A stretch of DNA of 63,127 nucleotides, filler included, from Octopus bimaculoides (taxonomy: Eukaryota), in assembly GCF_001194135.2 (NCBI RefSeq). It is 5 parts of 5 records of this genome, joined end to end, with 100 filler letters (N's around TTAATTAATTAA, not from the genome) between each part and the next. Parts side by side here need not be neighbours in the genome. Positions count along the whole stretch, not along the records: positions 1 to 28,798 come from NC_069003.1; 4 more parts are not named here. One strand, given 5' to 3'. Under the pieces are notes generated by a model that was not told the origin of the DNA, made no database searches, and saw nothing but the letters and a program-made list of their open reading frames with translations. Every line of letters begins with the position of its first letter. The stretch's first letter is position 1. The position numbers and the translations under genes are program-made. Shown here piece after piece: positions 11,586 through 24,809 of the stretch.

Positions 11586-12824
11586 TATTTATTTGATCGG
11601 ATGTAATTGTTTGAAGTGTTTTTTATAGCAGCAAAAAGTGATTTTGTTTCTCCGCCAAAAAAGACCAAAATCTTGTAATGAAACAGAGAAGAAAACGTAA
11701 CTGCAGAATATTTACGGGGTGTGAAAAAAACAAACAACCACATACATTATTTCTGGTTGTCCATTCTTAGCCAGAGGAGAGAACATAAACAAACATGACT
11801 GAGTTTGCAAATTGGCAATAATACCACCATTATATAATACCCACATAGAACGGGATAGCACAAGCACACCTTAGCAGATCACAGAGAATAATATAAAGAC
11901 TACATTCTGGAATTAGGGGATTCTAAAAATATGGAGATTAGGGGAACATTATCCTGATAATATTATGAATGACAGTAGTAGAAGAGCTCCAAATCGTGAT
12001 ATCGGTTTTAATGGGTGGTATTTATAGCTCTGAAAGAAAAGGAGAAAATATTCCCATGCAAAATCTTGGTAATAGAGATAACTATAATGTGAAGTTAGAA
12101 AACAAAATTAACTCTCTTAAAGATACAGAGAACGTACTGACAAAGCATGGAAACCTCAAGACGTAAGCATATAAACAACATAGAAAAGATTGCATCACCA
12201 CACACTGCAAAGATATTGCATAAAATACTTTGAATACGTCAGAGAGGGAAAAATGCATGTGTACTGAAAGACTCAGAGAATCGCGTTCTTTCTTATCATA
12301 AGAAAGCTCAATAAAAGTACAAGGCTACTGGAATAAAAAAAATAATGATGATGACGGTCGCTCCCGTCATTGGTGACGTATGAGTGTTTGAAGAAGTGGA
12401 TTTAAAAACAAAAACAAANNNNNNNNNNNNNNNNNNNNNNNNNNNNNNNNNNNNNNNNNNNNNNNNNNNNNNNNNNNNNNNNNNNNNNNNNNNNNNNNNN
12501 NNNNNNNNNNNNNNNNNNNNNNNNNNNNNNNNNNNNNNNNNNNNNNNNNNNNNNNNNNNNNNNNNNNNNNNNNNNNNNNNNNNNNNNNNNNNNNNNNNNN
12601 NNNNNNNNNNNNNNNNNNNNNNNNNNNNNAACAGCTTTTAAAAATAAAAGAACAAAAGATGCTGCATCTACTGGCGATGGCTGCTTGCATGTAATTTGAA
12701 TCCAGGCATGGATTTTGCTATGAAGGCACAATGGTGACACGGATGATTTTGATTTTGCCCGGGATTAGGCAAATGCGTTTGTTGATTGCAGGATATAGTT
12801 CTTTTATTGTCCTTTTTCTTCAAC

Positions 12825-12855
12825 TCAAAAAATAATAATAATAATAATAATAATA

Positions 12856-12886
<31 letters not shown>

Positions 12887-12897
12887 TGATGATGATA

Positions 12898-12934
<37 letters not shown>

Positions 12935-12968
12935 CGACGACGACGACGACGATGATGATGATGATGAT
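12825..12968. repeat. Compound (AAT)n(GAT)n microsatellite
   Basis: Direct reading. Confidence 0.95.
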
Positions 12969-12969
12969 A

Positions 12970-13840
12970 GTTTCTAATTTTGGCTCAAGGCCAGCAATTT
13001 CGGAAGAGGGTGTAAGAGTCAATTACATTGACCCCGGTGCTCAACTGGTACTTATTTGTAGGCCCCGAAAGGATCAACGGTAGAACTCAGATCGTGGAGA
13101 CGGACGAAATGCTGCTAAGCTTTTCGGCTGTCATAATAACGATTCTGACAGCTGCCCGCCTTACGTGTGTATGGCGCACAAGGAGGACGAAGACTGAAAC
13201 AGCTAGAGAACTACAAACAAAATAACAACCGTAAGACTAGAAAAAATACTTAAAACCAGCCAAAGAGTCAAAGGAAGCTAATAAGCCTAATAAAATACAT
13301 GAAAAAGACCTTTTTTCTGTAGATATTAAAGGAGATGGCAAAATATAAATAGGAAATCAATAACACTAAAATATCAAATGAACGAAACGAAAGGGTGGGA
13401 AAAGAAGAGGAGAACACTCAAAATAGATTGCCAAAACATATTAAAGAAATATGGAGAGAAAGAAATTGCTCATGACTAATATCCTGCGAGACTCAGCAGA
13501 GCGGGAGTGAGAGTGGGAGCCAACAGTGGATCACAGGTTCTGGTTAAATGCGGAAAGTAGCTGCCAGGGACTAATCCTTGGCCACGAATAACTACAGAAA
13601 TAAAACAGTGAGAGAATATATATAGGTATCAAATTTTTGGCACAAGGCCAGTAATTTCGGGGGAGGGGCAAGTCGACTACATCGACCCCAGGATTTTTAC
13701 TGGTACTTATTTTATCGACCCCTAAAATGATGAAAGGCAAAATCTTCTTCGGCGGAATTTGAACTCATGACGTAAAGACAGACTAAATACTGCTAAGCAT
13801 TTTGTCTGACAGGCTAATGATTCTGCCAGCTCGCCGCCTA

Positions 13841-13875
<35 letters not shown>

Positions 13876-14075
13876 TAATAATAATAATAATAATAGTTTC
13901 CAATTTTGGCACAAGGCCAGCGTTTTCAGGGGAGAGTTATATCGATTACATCGACCCCAGGATTCAACTGGTACTTATTTAATCGATCCCGAAAGGATGA
14001 AAGGCATGGTCGACCCCGGTGGAATTTGAACTCTGAACATAAAGACGGACAAAATGCCACTAAGCATTGTGATGA
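12970..14075 (-). mobile_element. Three SINE family A copies (about 12970-13162, 13625-13840, 13895-14075)
   Basis: Family A core on the minus strand, interleaved with LINE relic and (AAT)n. Confidence 0.8.
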
Positions 14076-14620
14076 CTTTGCCGGTTAGCGACCTTAGAGA
14101 TAGAATATATTAACATCAAGTGCAAACTAAACAACTAGTATAATGAGAAAATTGACCGCATCATCTCTGGCTACCCACCACTTAGTAGGTCTGCATATGT
14201 GCACAGTCTCAATCAGGTCGTTAGCTGTCTTAATTGTATAATATGTCAACAGTTACGATATGAAAACAGACAAGAAATAAAATAAACTGGCCAAATACGG
14301 TACATGACAATGATGTAGCTACAATCATGTCTATCGAAACTAACAGTGAGATTAAGACAAACCGACCAAACAATAAAGATTGGAAATAAAAATACATGCA
14401 TGCTATTAATACGCTTTCGCTTCTGTCTTAAACGTTGTGCAAAAACAAGTGGTGAAACAGTAGAAATACAGGGGTCTTGTAAATGGAGTAAAAGGATATG
14501 GGGTATGAAAGTAAAACGAATACCAATAATTATTGGAGCAATAAGCATGATTAGAACATGAGCAAAAGCATACGAGCCGTACCAGAGCTCACAATGCTAT
14601 GCAAAGTGCATCTCACATCA
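13165..14620 (+). mobile_element. Second fragmented R4/Dong-like LINE relic
   Basis: YGAQGGRRLKQLENYK (GGRGL motif) at about 13170, then RLE-region GKCKWSKRIWGMKVKRIPIIIGAISMI at 14470-14550. Confidence 0.65.
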
Positions 14621-15099
14621 TACTTAGGACGCTTTTGTTTTAATAGGACAACTTGAGCATCGTACATTCTGCACACAACATATATAATATTTACCCAACA
14701 CTATAATCAATGAAATAAGAGTCCATGCATATCATACTATACACGATCACCATACCGGAAAATTATGCAAGAAGGTCCTTACATGATCAATAACCAACAC
14801 TGTTTCTTCAACGACTCGCACATCTCATGCTTTACACAACTCCAACGCATTAACTCCACACAAATCATTCACCACATATTTACATATAATAACCATCTGC
14901 TACTGAAATATTAATTAATATATATTACGAATTAATAAGCATTCGAGACATGTTAATCACCAGGCCAAAACAAATAGCAAAGTAAAACAGGAACACATAC
15001 AAACATAGGTCTACAAACAGAAAACAGAATGTTGTACTCACTTTTAAAAAACGATGGGGGTTTGGTGATGCAGTAGACGTTCGCTAAACCCGACAACAA

Positions 15100-15260
15100 T
15101 AAGATTTTTAATATAGGCAGACGGCCTGAAATTTGGGGCGAGACATTAGAAGTAATGGTCTGGTAATTTATCTCACTGACCACAGAAAGGTGAAAGGTAA
15201 AGTTGAGGTAAGCGGGATTTGAACTCTGAAGGTAAAGGACTGCAAACAAATACAACATAA
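15100..15260 (-). mobile_element. Degenerate SINE family A
   Basis: AGGCAGACGGCCTGAAATTTGG tail and GGTGAAAGGTAAAGTTGAGG core remnants. Confidence 0.6.
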
Positions 15261-15338
15261 CATACATGGCCGCATGTATGTGCGTACGCATGTATATACG
15301 TATGTATACTCCTCTTTCTCTCTTTCTCTCTCTCTCTT

Positions 15339-15384
<46 letters not shown>

Positions 15385-15389
15385 AATAC

Positions 15390-15419
<30 letters not shown>

Positions 15420-15423
<4 letters not shown>

Positions 15424-15609
15424 ATTATTTTATTTGTTTCAGTCATTAGACTGCAGCCATGCTGGAGCACCGCCTTTAATCGAACAACTTTGTAAGTCTA
15501 GTACTTTTTCTTTTGCCGAACCGCTATGTTACGGGGACGTAAACACAACAGCATCTGTTGTTAAGCGATGGTGGGGGGGACAAACACACACACACACATA
15601 TACACAACG

Positions 15610-15676
<67 letters not shown>

Positions 15677-15838
15677 CGACGGGCTTCTTTCAGTTTCCTT
15701 CTACCAAATCCACCCACAAGGCTTTGGTCGGCCCGAGGTTATAATAGAAGACACCTGCTCAAGGTGCCACGCAGTGGGACTGAACTCGGAGCCATGTAGT
15801 TGGTAAGCAAGCTACTTACAACGCAGTCACTCATGCGC
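15420..15838 (-). mobile_element. SINE family C
   Basis: Reverse complement of family C blocks, with internal (CA)n(TA)n. Confidence 0.85.
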
Positions 15839-15959
15839 CTATTATAATAAAAAAAAACACACAACGTCTTGTGTGATACAGCTACCCAGGAATCAGAGTT
15901 TTCTGGCCGAAATATATTCATTTATTTCGCCATTTATCAAGCTGTTGCATGCAAGATGG

Positions 15960-17420
15960 TTTAGTAACTGCGTTCGATGCAATTGACGTTTACAAGATCA
16001 CGCGCATTCATAAAAAGACACACAGGAAGTTAGGGACGATAATTAATTCCACAGTACACATAACCAGTGCCTTCCGAATATTAAAATTACACAACCCAAC
16101 ACTAGAATGGTCCATGATATATCCGGTGGTTTATCCTTAATTTCCCCAAAGATGTATTTTCTAAAATGCAGACGTAAAGAAAAAATCTCAATCCTGCTAT
16201 TTACACAGTCACTGGAAGTTCTTGAGTTTTTTAAAAGATGCAGATTTTCGAACGAGCATATGGATCGTCTTATAGACCCGTTAATATTGGCTGACAATGA
16301 TCTTCCATCTGATACTGTACTGGGTCATCTCATAAATAATGCGGTTTTTTCAATTGCATGAACTAAAAGTTGGAGGGGGACAGGATAAACTACCTGCATC
16401 AACTTGCGATAAAAGCAGGTAGTAATTTTACCTTGTACTTATTCTTAGTGCAAGTTTTGAAGAGTGCAATTCGATTTTAACAGTTATTTTATCAAATCTA
16501 TAATGGAAGTGACAAAGAAGCATATTCGGCATATTTTGCTTTATGAGTTCAATAAAAGCAACAAGGCAACGGAAGGTGCGAGGAATATTGATGCAGTATA
16601 TAGGGATTGGACAATAAGTGTAAGCCAGTGTCAATGGTGGTTCTAGAAATTCCGAGCCGGAAACTACAGCCTCGAAGACAAGCCTCGTCCTGGAATATCT
16701 GTAGAGCTCGATGATGATGTCCTGCAAACCCTGGTAGAACTGTTGAGGAACTAGTAGAGAAGCTTGGATTTGGTCGTTCAACCATTCATTGACCCCAACG
16801 CAAGAACAAAAATGACCATCTTTGGTTTCAAGACGAAAGGTGTTCTTCCATCAGGATAATGCTCGGCCACATACAGCGAGGATGACATTCCAAAGGCTGG
16901 AGCAATTTGAATGGGAAACGATGTCACACCCACCATATTCGCCGGACATTGTCCCATCTATTTACCATTTATTCCGCAGTCTTCAAAATCTTTTGGACGG
17001 AAAAAATATGAATTCTGTAGACGAGGTCGGAACAGTACTGAAGGAGAATTTTTCGTCACGGACAAGAGAATTTTGGATGAGGAGCCTTGCAAGTCTACCA
17101 GATAGATGGAAAAATATTATAAAAAGTGAAGGAGAATATACTGTAAATTAAAATAGAACTTTGTTTATCTTAATTTTGAAGCATAAAAGAAGTATAAAAA
17201 AACGCATTATTTATGGGATGATCCAATATCTAATGTTCTCGTCCTTAAGTTTCCAGATTAATGCCGAGAGTATCGATGTATGTCTCTTCTCGGAGTATCT
17301 AAAGGCGTTTTATACGGAATTATATTTTCCTTTCTCTGATTTAATACATCTCTGTCCGGTTATTGTCATAGTTTGTTGATACTTGTCCTTCATAAATTAT
17401 GCTGTATTACGTGTTGGTTT
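15960..17420 (-). mobile_element. Old hAT transposase C-terminal relic, split by the mariner insertion
   Basis: Minus frame QELPVTV*IAGLRFF..ILENTSLGKLRINHRI resembles the hAT dimerisation domain LPVTVASAERSFS..YLRSTMGQERLNHLA. Confidence 0.4.
16320..17226 (+). mobile_element. Internally deleted mariner transposon with TIRs and TA TSD
   Basis: TIRs CTGGGTCATCTCATAAATAATGCGGTTTTTT and AAAAAAACGCATTATTTATGGGATGATCCAA, both flanked by TA. N-terminal HTH MEVTKKHIRHILLYEFNK and C-terminal HQDNARPH, HPPYSPDI; the central catalytic region is missing. Confidence 0.92.
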
Positions 17421-17899
17421 CTTTTTTTGCGTCTTATATTTTATTAATCTTCTATATAAATGAAGCGATATCCTTTAATTTGCTGCTTTTCTTCACAAGT
17501 ACAGAGAAGATACATTGCGGAACTGTTATTTTAACGAGTTATATATATTTATCACCTGAAGAGTGATGCTCCTGAACCCGTTGTTAAGTATGTTAGATGT
17601 GATTAATAAAACTCTCGTATCTTCCATCTTCCGTCACTCATTAACCATATACATGACGAGCATTGTGAAAGTGACCCTGCTTTACCAGTAAGCTACCAGT
17701 AATGTCCATTCGTTTTATTATCTAATATCTAATATATCAATATATATTCTGCACATAGATAATGTGGAAATTAATCCCCTTTAATAAAAGACTATTTCTT
17801 TGCGGGAAAGGCTTCTTTAAACGTCCCTACAGAAGTTTTAATTATGCGAAATTACACAAAAGCTCCTATATTTAGTTTTATTACAATTCAGAACAAGAT

Positions 17900-19560
17900 G
17901 TTTTTCATGCATACATATATACACACATACATACATACATACACCAGCATATGCACATACATACAGTCAGGCATGCATACAATCATACACACACATACTA
18001 TGTGTATGTATGAGCGTGTATGCGTTTTTGTGCAAGTCTGTATATACCCGTAGAAAAAGGTACATCAAGTCATGCCTTTCACATCGAGGTAACTTATCCC
18101 TTCCATCAATAATGCTCGATAAAATAAATAATAGATTAGTATTAGTTCTGTTGTCGACATGACAGACGAAATTCTATTGAATACTGTGTCTCCCTATGAC
18201 TAAAGGCCCATGACTATAATCAGTAAAACTTTAAGGCCACACACGTTGATAATCTATAGTCGGATAAATCTAGTGCCGTTATATTATTGTAGTTTCTCCT
18301 CGCCAAAGTCAATAATATTAATCTGCTGTCATCAATTGCGCTCGGAAGTTGCACTAACGGATCGCATTGCAGCATGTGAGAAAACTAAAACTGAGAAACA
18401 TGAATAATACTTTTGTGTCGACGCCTCCAGGCGAAGAAGTAGGATCTCCCAAGACATATAAATAGAGGTAGTCTGGCCGTGGTAGGGGGTTGAGTAGCAG
18501 TTGTGTAGCGGTTGAATAGAGATCATCCGGAGGTGCTAGATAGCAGTAGCTTGAGACATAAATACATTAGTATTCAATTTCTCATTTTCTGAAAGTCCAC
18601 TACTTTCAGAAAGCAGCACAGTAAAGTATGACTCTTTTTCTTACGTACATCTGTAATCTAAAATTCCCAAATATTGTAAACCCTCTCTAAAGAAATGAGA
18701 ATAGAAAATTCGTTGAATCAGTCGAGCTTGAAATAAAGTCCGCCATAACGAATTATTGAATGATCGAAAGGAACGGCATGTTTGTGAAATTTCACTTTCC
18801 ACGCGTTAACAGCATAGACTTTCATAAATGTGGTCTTCCTTATCGCCAGATTAACTATTCTTCGGAGTAAAAATGAAATAAGACATCGAGATGATAGTGA
18901 CAGATTACTCTCAGTGAAAATTCCGGATAAAACGGAGACAGAGAACTGCGTAAATTGCGAAAAAAATTGATGATACACAGACCCTGTAACATTGACAACC
19001 CATCTCCTTGCACGGAAAATGGATCATACCAACAGAAATTCCTTAAAAGCTTCCGAAAAGAAACGTTTTTAAATGGAAATGTAAACGCATAACTTCGATT
19101 CATTGTCTAGTTTCATTATCATAAAAGTCGATGACATATGGAAACGGTGCTGTGACGATACATAGTTATATGATTCAAAATATAAGTAAATTCATAAAAA
19201 ACTGAATTTCCACAGGTCCCGCCTCGCTAGTACAAATAATAATTCTTTCTACTATAGGCACACGGGCTGAAATTTTGGTGGAAGGAACTAGTCGATCACA
19301 TCAACCTCGGTACTCAACGAGTGCATATTTTAGCGACCCCTATTGGATGAAAGGCACAATCGACCTCGGTGGAATTTGAACTAAGGAACGTAGAAACGGA
19401 CGAAATACCACCAGACAGCATACAATTGTTGCTCGTAAGAACAAATCTTTAAAAATGGATACAGAAAAACCCAAGATTTGCATTTCTACAATGTTAACGC
19501 ATCTCTCGTGTTCAAAGAAAGTAAGGGCTCGGGTTTTAAGGGCAACCTTCGTGCATTTTC
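17900..19560 (-). mobile_element. Penelope-like RT relic
   Basis: Minus frames SPFYPEFS, IRKTTFMK..WKVKF..GGLYFKL and SLFNRY..QPLPRPDYL resemble PLE RT blocks (EFYPSIS, ARKSLLF..WxK, GLY, YQPYRKPD); interrupted by a SINE A at 19240-19420. Confidence 0.6.
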
Positions 19561-19764
19561 TATCCAAGGTGTTAGTGTTGGTGTGTTTACGTCTCCGTAA
19601 CTTAGCAGTTTGGCAACAGACACCGATATAAGTACGAGACTCTAATGGAAAAAACTGATTCGTCCCAGTAAATTCCTTCCAGACAGTGACCTCACCGTGG
19701 CCACCGTGTTACGATTGAAACAAGTAAAAGTTAGAGCAGAGGTTGCTGTAAATGTGATATTTAA

Positions 19765-19920
19765 TTCAAATTTTGGCACAAGGCCAGCAATTTCGGAGGA
19801 GGGGGTAAGTCGATTACATCGACCCAGTAATCAACTGGTACTTATTTTATCTACCGTGAAAAGATGAAAGGCAAAGCGGACATCGGCGGAATTTGAACAA
19901 TTCTACCATCTCGCCTCCTC
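19765..19920 (-). mobile_element. SINE family A
   Basis: TTTTGGCACAAGGCCAGCAATTTCGG..GTCGATTACATCGACCC. Confidence 0.8.
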
Positions 19921-20011
19921 ACCGTAATAGTGATATTAAACTTGCGTAGTTAGCATGAGGCTGTTGCAACAGCAGCAGCAGTATCAACAACAACAACAAA
20001 AACAACAGTAT

Positions 20012-20059
<48 letters not shown>

Positions 20060-20205
20060 CTGTAGTAGTAGTGTCTATGTATATAAGTATGTATACGGCC
20101 CTAAAAACTGAAAATTAATCGGATCTTTACGTCACCCAGGAAGTTTCTGAAGTAAATTTTACTGTTGGGGATCCGATCAATTTTAAGTCGGTGAGCGCGC
20201 TAATT

Positions 20206-20240
<35 letters not shown>

Positions 20241-20674
20241 TTACTACTACTGCTGCTGCTACTACTACTACTACTAATGCTGGTGCTGACATTGTTATCT
20301 TAACTCGACTACGAAAATTTAGTTCCACGCACACTCCATAAGATTAGACGAAGAATACATTTAAACACACGACGTTTATATAAATGACAACAGTCACATT
20401 AAAAATGTCTCGTTGTTTGCTTACCATAAAGCTGCCGTGAACTGTTTAGGCGGTTTACTTCGCAAAGCATGAAACAAAATTTTCTTTTAGCATTCATTTT
20501 TTTTTTTAATCTGTTTGTAGGACGAGTATTGGAAGACATTTTTTTTTCTTCTTTATTTTGCACAAAGAAGAAAAATAGCAAATGTAGGGATTTAATGTTT
20601 GTTTCGAAATACAGACGAAAGAAAACAGTGCAAATAGAACCAAAGTTTGAAATTTTTTAATTGAGATATCTAGG

Positions 20675-20716
<42 letters not shown>

Positions 20717-20817
20717 CAAGAAAGAGAGAAAGAACGAAAGAAAGAAAGAAAGAAATAAAGAAAGAACGAAAGAACGAAAGAAAGAAAGAAAGAACGAACG
20801 AAAGAAAGAAAGAACGA

Positions 20818-20873
<56 letters not shown>

Positions 20874-20936
20874 AAAACCGAAGAAAGAAAGAAAAACCGA
20901 AGAAAGAAAGAAAAACCGAAGAAAGAAAGAAAAACC

Positions 20937-20970
<34 letters not shown>

Positions 20971-21145
20971 GAAAGAAAGAAAGAAAGAAAGAAAGATGAA
21001 AGAAAGAAAGAAAGAAAGAAAGAACGAACGAAAGAAAGAAAGAACGAAAGAAAGAAAGAAAGAACGAAAGAACGAAAGAACGAAAGAAAGAAAGAAAGAA
21101 CGAAAGAACGAAAGAACGAAAGAACGAAAGAAAGAAAGAAAAACC

Positions 21146-21186
<41 letters not shown>

Positions 21187-21320
21187 ACGAAAGAACGAAA
21201 GAACGAAAGAAAGAAAGAAAGAACGAAAGAAAGAACGAAAGAAAGAAAGAAAAACCGAAGAAAGAAAAACCGAAGAAAGAAGGAACGAAAGAAAGAAAGA
21301 AAGAAAGAAAGAAAGAGAGA
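20675..21320. repeat. Complex (GAAA)n satellite with GAAC and AAAAACC variant units
   Basis: Direct reading. Confidence 0.95.
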
Positions 21321-21449
21321 ATGAAAAATGAAGCCTTATCTACATCACTGAGAATGATCTCATAATATTGTAACAAACAGTGATTGGACGAGAGGAAAGA
21401 GAATGTCCAAAGGATACCATTGATATATCATGAATATAACGAATTTTTT

Positions 21450-24150
21450 TCTAATAAGCTAAAGAATATTAACAAAAGAACAGCTGCTGAAAAAAAAAGA
21501 AATTATCCTAACTTAAATGCTTTTCTTGACTTTAGCTCTACAAATACTTTCATAGCGTTTTCTGTGTCTTTCATCATCCATTGACAAAATTGCTTAAGAC
21601 TTTAATCTGTTCTATGTCATGGGCGATTGTTAATACATCTTTATAAGCATTAGTTTACAAAGCCTCTTTCCCATGGCCATTTACATGCATCGTAAGCATT
21701 ATTCTTAATGCAGCTCACAGATTTGGCATGACAACTTATAACTTATTAATACTGACGAATCTAATGGCTTCTCTCGGAAGCTTTATAACTCTATTAAATA
21801 ATTCTTTTGCAATATCTAGTTCAGATGGGATTATACGCTCTGTCTGCTTAATAAACAGGTAGTGTACATTTATGAGAGTTTTTAATAAACAGTTATATTT
21901 CAACTTTCAATTTGTTCCCTGATAATAAGCTTTAACCAGCTAATTCACGTTACATATTAGCCCGTACATGCCTACAGATCTTTCAAAATAGTTTTTACAA
22001 AACAGTATGTATCACATAAATTTCTTGAATTTGATCTTACAAGTTTAAAGTTACATTCGCTTTCGATTAACGTTGCCATATTTGTTAGCATTAACCAGAA
22101 TGAGCAACAATATGTCCCTAACTTTTATCAAAAAGCCAACCGACCCTTTTTTGAAGTCAACCATTTTTGGTATTAGTTTTCATAGGTTTTGACAGGAAAA
22201 AAATAAGGAAGAAACTTTGAATTTTCTCTTCTAAATGTGAAAAGAACTTCTTCGGCGATTTTAGAAAGTCCATAATAACTCCGAATTTTGGGTCTATTTA
22301 GATAACACCTCTTTTGAGGCTGGAGACTTTTTGCTTTTAGACCCATTCTAATAAGCCGCCTCTCAATTATCTATTCAACTATACACATCTACTTTGAAAA
22401 ATACACATGATACTGTAAATTATGTATGATACAATTTAGTCATTAAAATCATTGTCTGTGATATTTCTTCTTTTCAACTTGTCATTACATCTTTTTTCGT
22501 AAACATTAAATCATCACACAACTAAGAATATTAGTTGCCCATTGAAGAACAATGCAAATTATGAAGCCAACACAATACATTAATACTGACAGAGAGTGAC
22601 AAATATCGTAAACACAAAATATTGAATGAGTGACTTATGGCATCTGGCTGATATTTTTAGGTAATTCTCGCTATTGTTAAAAATTTTTCCTATTCTTATG
22701 GCTAAAATATAATCCTATAGTTTCATTGCCTGTCTGCATTAATATTTTTGCTGCATATTCCAGTTCTTGCTTTTCGCTTCTCTTCGCTGATACAGTGTAG
22801 TATAAAATTTTTATTGTTACTTCTGATGGCATTCCCCGGTATTTTGCTATCCTCTTCAATAAAGCAGTGATGTTTCGGCCACTCAAACAGTGATTTCTTT
22901 TTTTGACTCCAACGCTATGAATTGGTGATCCAGCAGTATATTTTCCCCAACTTCAGGCCCATTTTACTTCTGAAACCAGTACTAAAGCTTATTAATAAAC
23001 ATTGACAAGTGAAGTTAAAGATTTAATTACAACTCTTGCCGGTGCAGTTTCCTATTCAGAAATAAAAGTAGGGGTTTTAAAGAAATCATCCAATTCTCTA
23101 CAAAACCCCTTTGATCAAACATTGCACAATGCAATGTTGGGTGATAAGAAGTCTTCACACTTATTGCACAAATAGGAGTTATTAGTAAATAATTCTCTCG
23201 AAGAATCAATTTTGAAACAATTGTTATCTTGCTCGTCACCGAATATGTAGGCCATTCTGACTTAATGCAGTGGATCAATTGGCAAAAATAGAGGATGGGG
23301 CCATAAATATTTCTCTTTCAGCATTTTCGAATACCCGAATACCAATATACAGGCTACTTCGTTTATTTCGTGTATCTCCGCTGAACTTGCATATTTTGCA
23401 AAATGCCTGACGCAAAAATCTGACCCCTCACTAAGAACTGAACTGTTATTCATCTTCTTTTGTCCATTTGCCACAACCGGATATATACTTCATACGGGAA
23501 CTTTTCGTCCTTCTAATCTCCATGTGAAATGCGTGTTTAGTTGAAAGAATTCCAAGCTACGCATTATGACCACCAGCTCCAGTGACATGTATGCCCCTTT
23601 GTATCTTTAAAATAGTATCTGTCTGATTGGTACTAGCAAGAAATATCACCAAAAAAACGACCTTAAGTCTTTCTTTTTTATGTAACATGACAGGAAAAAT
23701 CGAAATATGCCCTCGACAAACACAAGCCATTATGTTGTCTTCAAGACCAACGCAATAGAACACTGAATAAACACAAATCTCTCAGTGAACCAAGGAGTTT
23801 TTCATCTTTGCTTTTCTTGAATTACCAAACTATGTTGAACACAGCTACCTGAAATTCACAACATACCAGTGATTTCATTTGCAACTACACTTCAATTCGA
23901 CTAAATATTCTATGGCCCCGGTTCAAGTAGAAGAAAACGTTTGCAACACAACTAGGTATAACCTGTCAAACTGTCCATCATCCCCATCTTCATTTCTGCT
24001 CCACACACAAGTATGCAACTACTGCCCGGTCCTTTTTCCACATGTGTTTTTTCCTTCCAACCTCAACATACTGATTCATTTCAGTTTTCCTTCACAGCAT
24101 GAGCACTATCTTTCTAAAATCACACAGATAAAATACTTTCACAAGACACC
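21450..24150 (-). pseudogene. hAT (ZMYM1-like) transposase relic
   Basis: Minus frames: ANGQKK (TTF zinc-finger region), DN*EAAY*NGS (about DNCRGQAYDNGS), KNYFERSVGMYGLICNVN, and VVMPNL*AALRIMLTMHV (dimerisation domain); heavily disrupted. Confidence 0.65.
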
Positions 24151-24423
24151 GGACCATCACTGTCATTAAAGTATTTTTACACAAAGATTGTTAACAAATT
24201 AGCTTGCAACCAAGCATTACAATATATTTTTATATACACATTCATTTCATTTGTTCTTCAACGATTATTGACTGATGCAAATTCAAAAATCATTTTTAAT
24301 ATTTGAACAATATATAACATATTTGACAATCATTTTCCTATTATTTAATTATTCTCTTTTGTTAATTAATATTTGTTCATTTAATTTACATTGCCTGTTT
24401 ATTGTTATATTCACATTGCATTC

Positions 24424-24802
24424 GTGGAGGCGCAATGGCCCAGTGGTTAGGGCAGCGGATTCGCGGTCATAGGATCACGGTTTTGATTCCCAGACCGGGC
24501 GTTGTGAATGTTTATTGAGCGAAAACACCTAAAGCTCCACGAGGATCCGGCGAACCCTGCTGTACTCTTTCGCCACAACTTTCTCTCACTCTTACTTCCT
24601 GTTTCTGTTGTGCCTGTAATTCAAAGGGTCAGCCTTGTCACATTCTGTGTCACGCTGAATATCCCCGAGAACTACGTTAACGGTACACGTGTCTGTGGAG
24701 TGCTCAGCCACTTGCACGTTAATTTCACGAGCAGGCTGTTCTGTTGATCGGATCAACTGGAACCCTCGACGTCGTAAGCAACGGAGTGCCAACAACAACA
24801 AA
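24424..24802 (+). mobile_element. SINE family B with ~12-bp TSD
   Basis: Full head to (AAC)n tail; flanks CACATTGCATTC and CACACTGCATTC. Confidence 0.9.
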
Positions 24803-24809
24803 CACACTG

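Larger units (their letters stand above)
9620..12170 (+). mobile_element. Fragmented R4/Dong-like LINE relic (RT thumb to RLE), split by (AG)n and SINEs
   Basis: Collinear fragments: FSLEKIHRGKL/ELRYLG/SIRLILKSEVNS (9620-10090), QQWSRSPELQAK (10760-10900), IISGCPFLA..KHD*VC (11745-11900). Confidence 0.65.

Noticed and set aside
17550-17585. Degenerate CTGAAGAG..CTC motif, and similar ones near 27330, 52930 and 60450 (minus)
   Set aside because: Lack a proper GAAA/stem III/cleavage triplet; at most remote hammerhead remnants.
20657-21376. 239-aa and related long ORFs (SFFL/KKER repeats), plus the similar ORFs at 46401-47394 and the HT/CV/poly-X ORFs
   Set aside because: Translations of microsatellites or of N gaps.
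24424-24500. tRNA-like heads of SINEs
   Set aside because: A and B boxes only, followed by SINE bodies; not tRNA genes.
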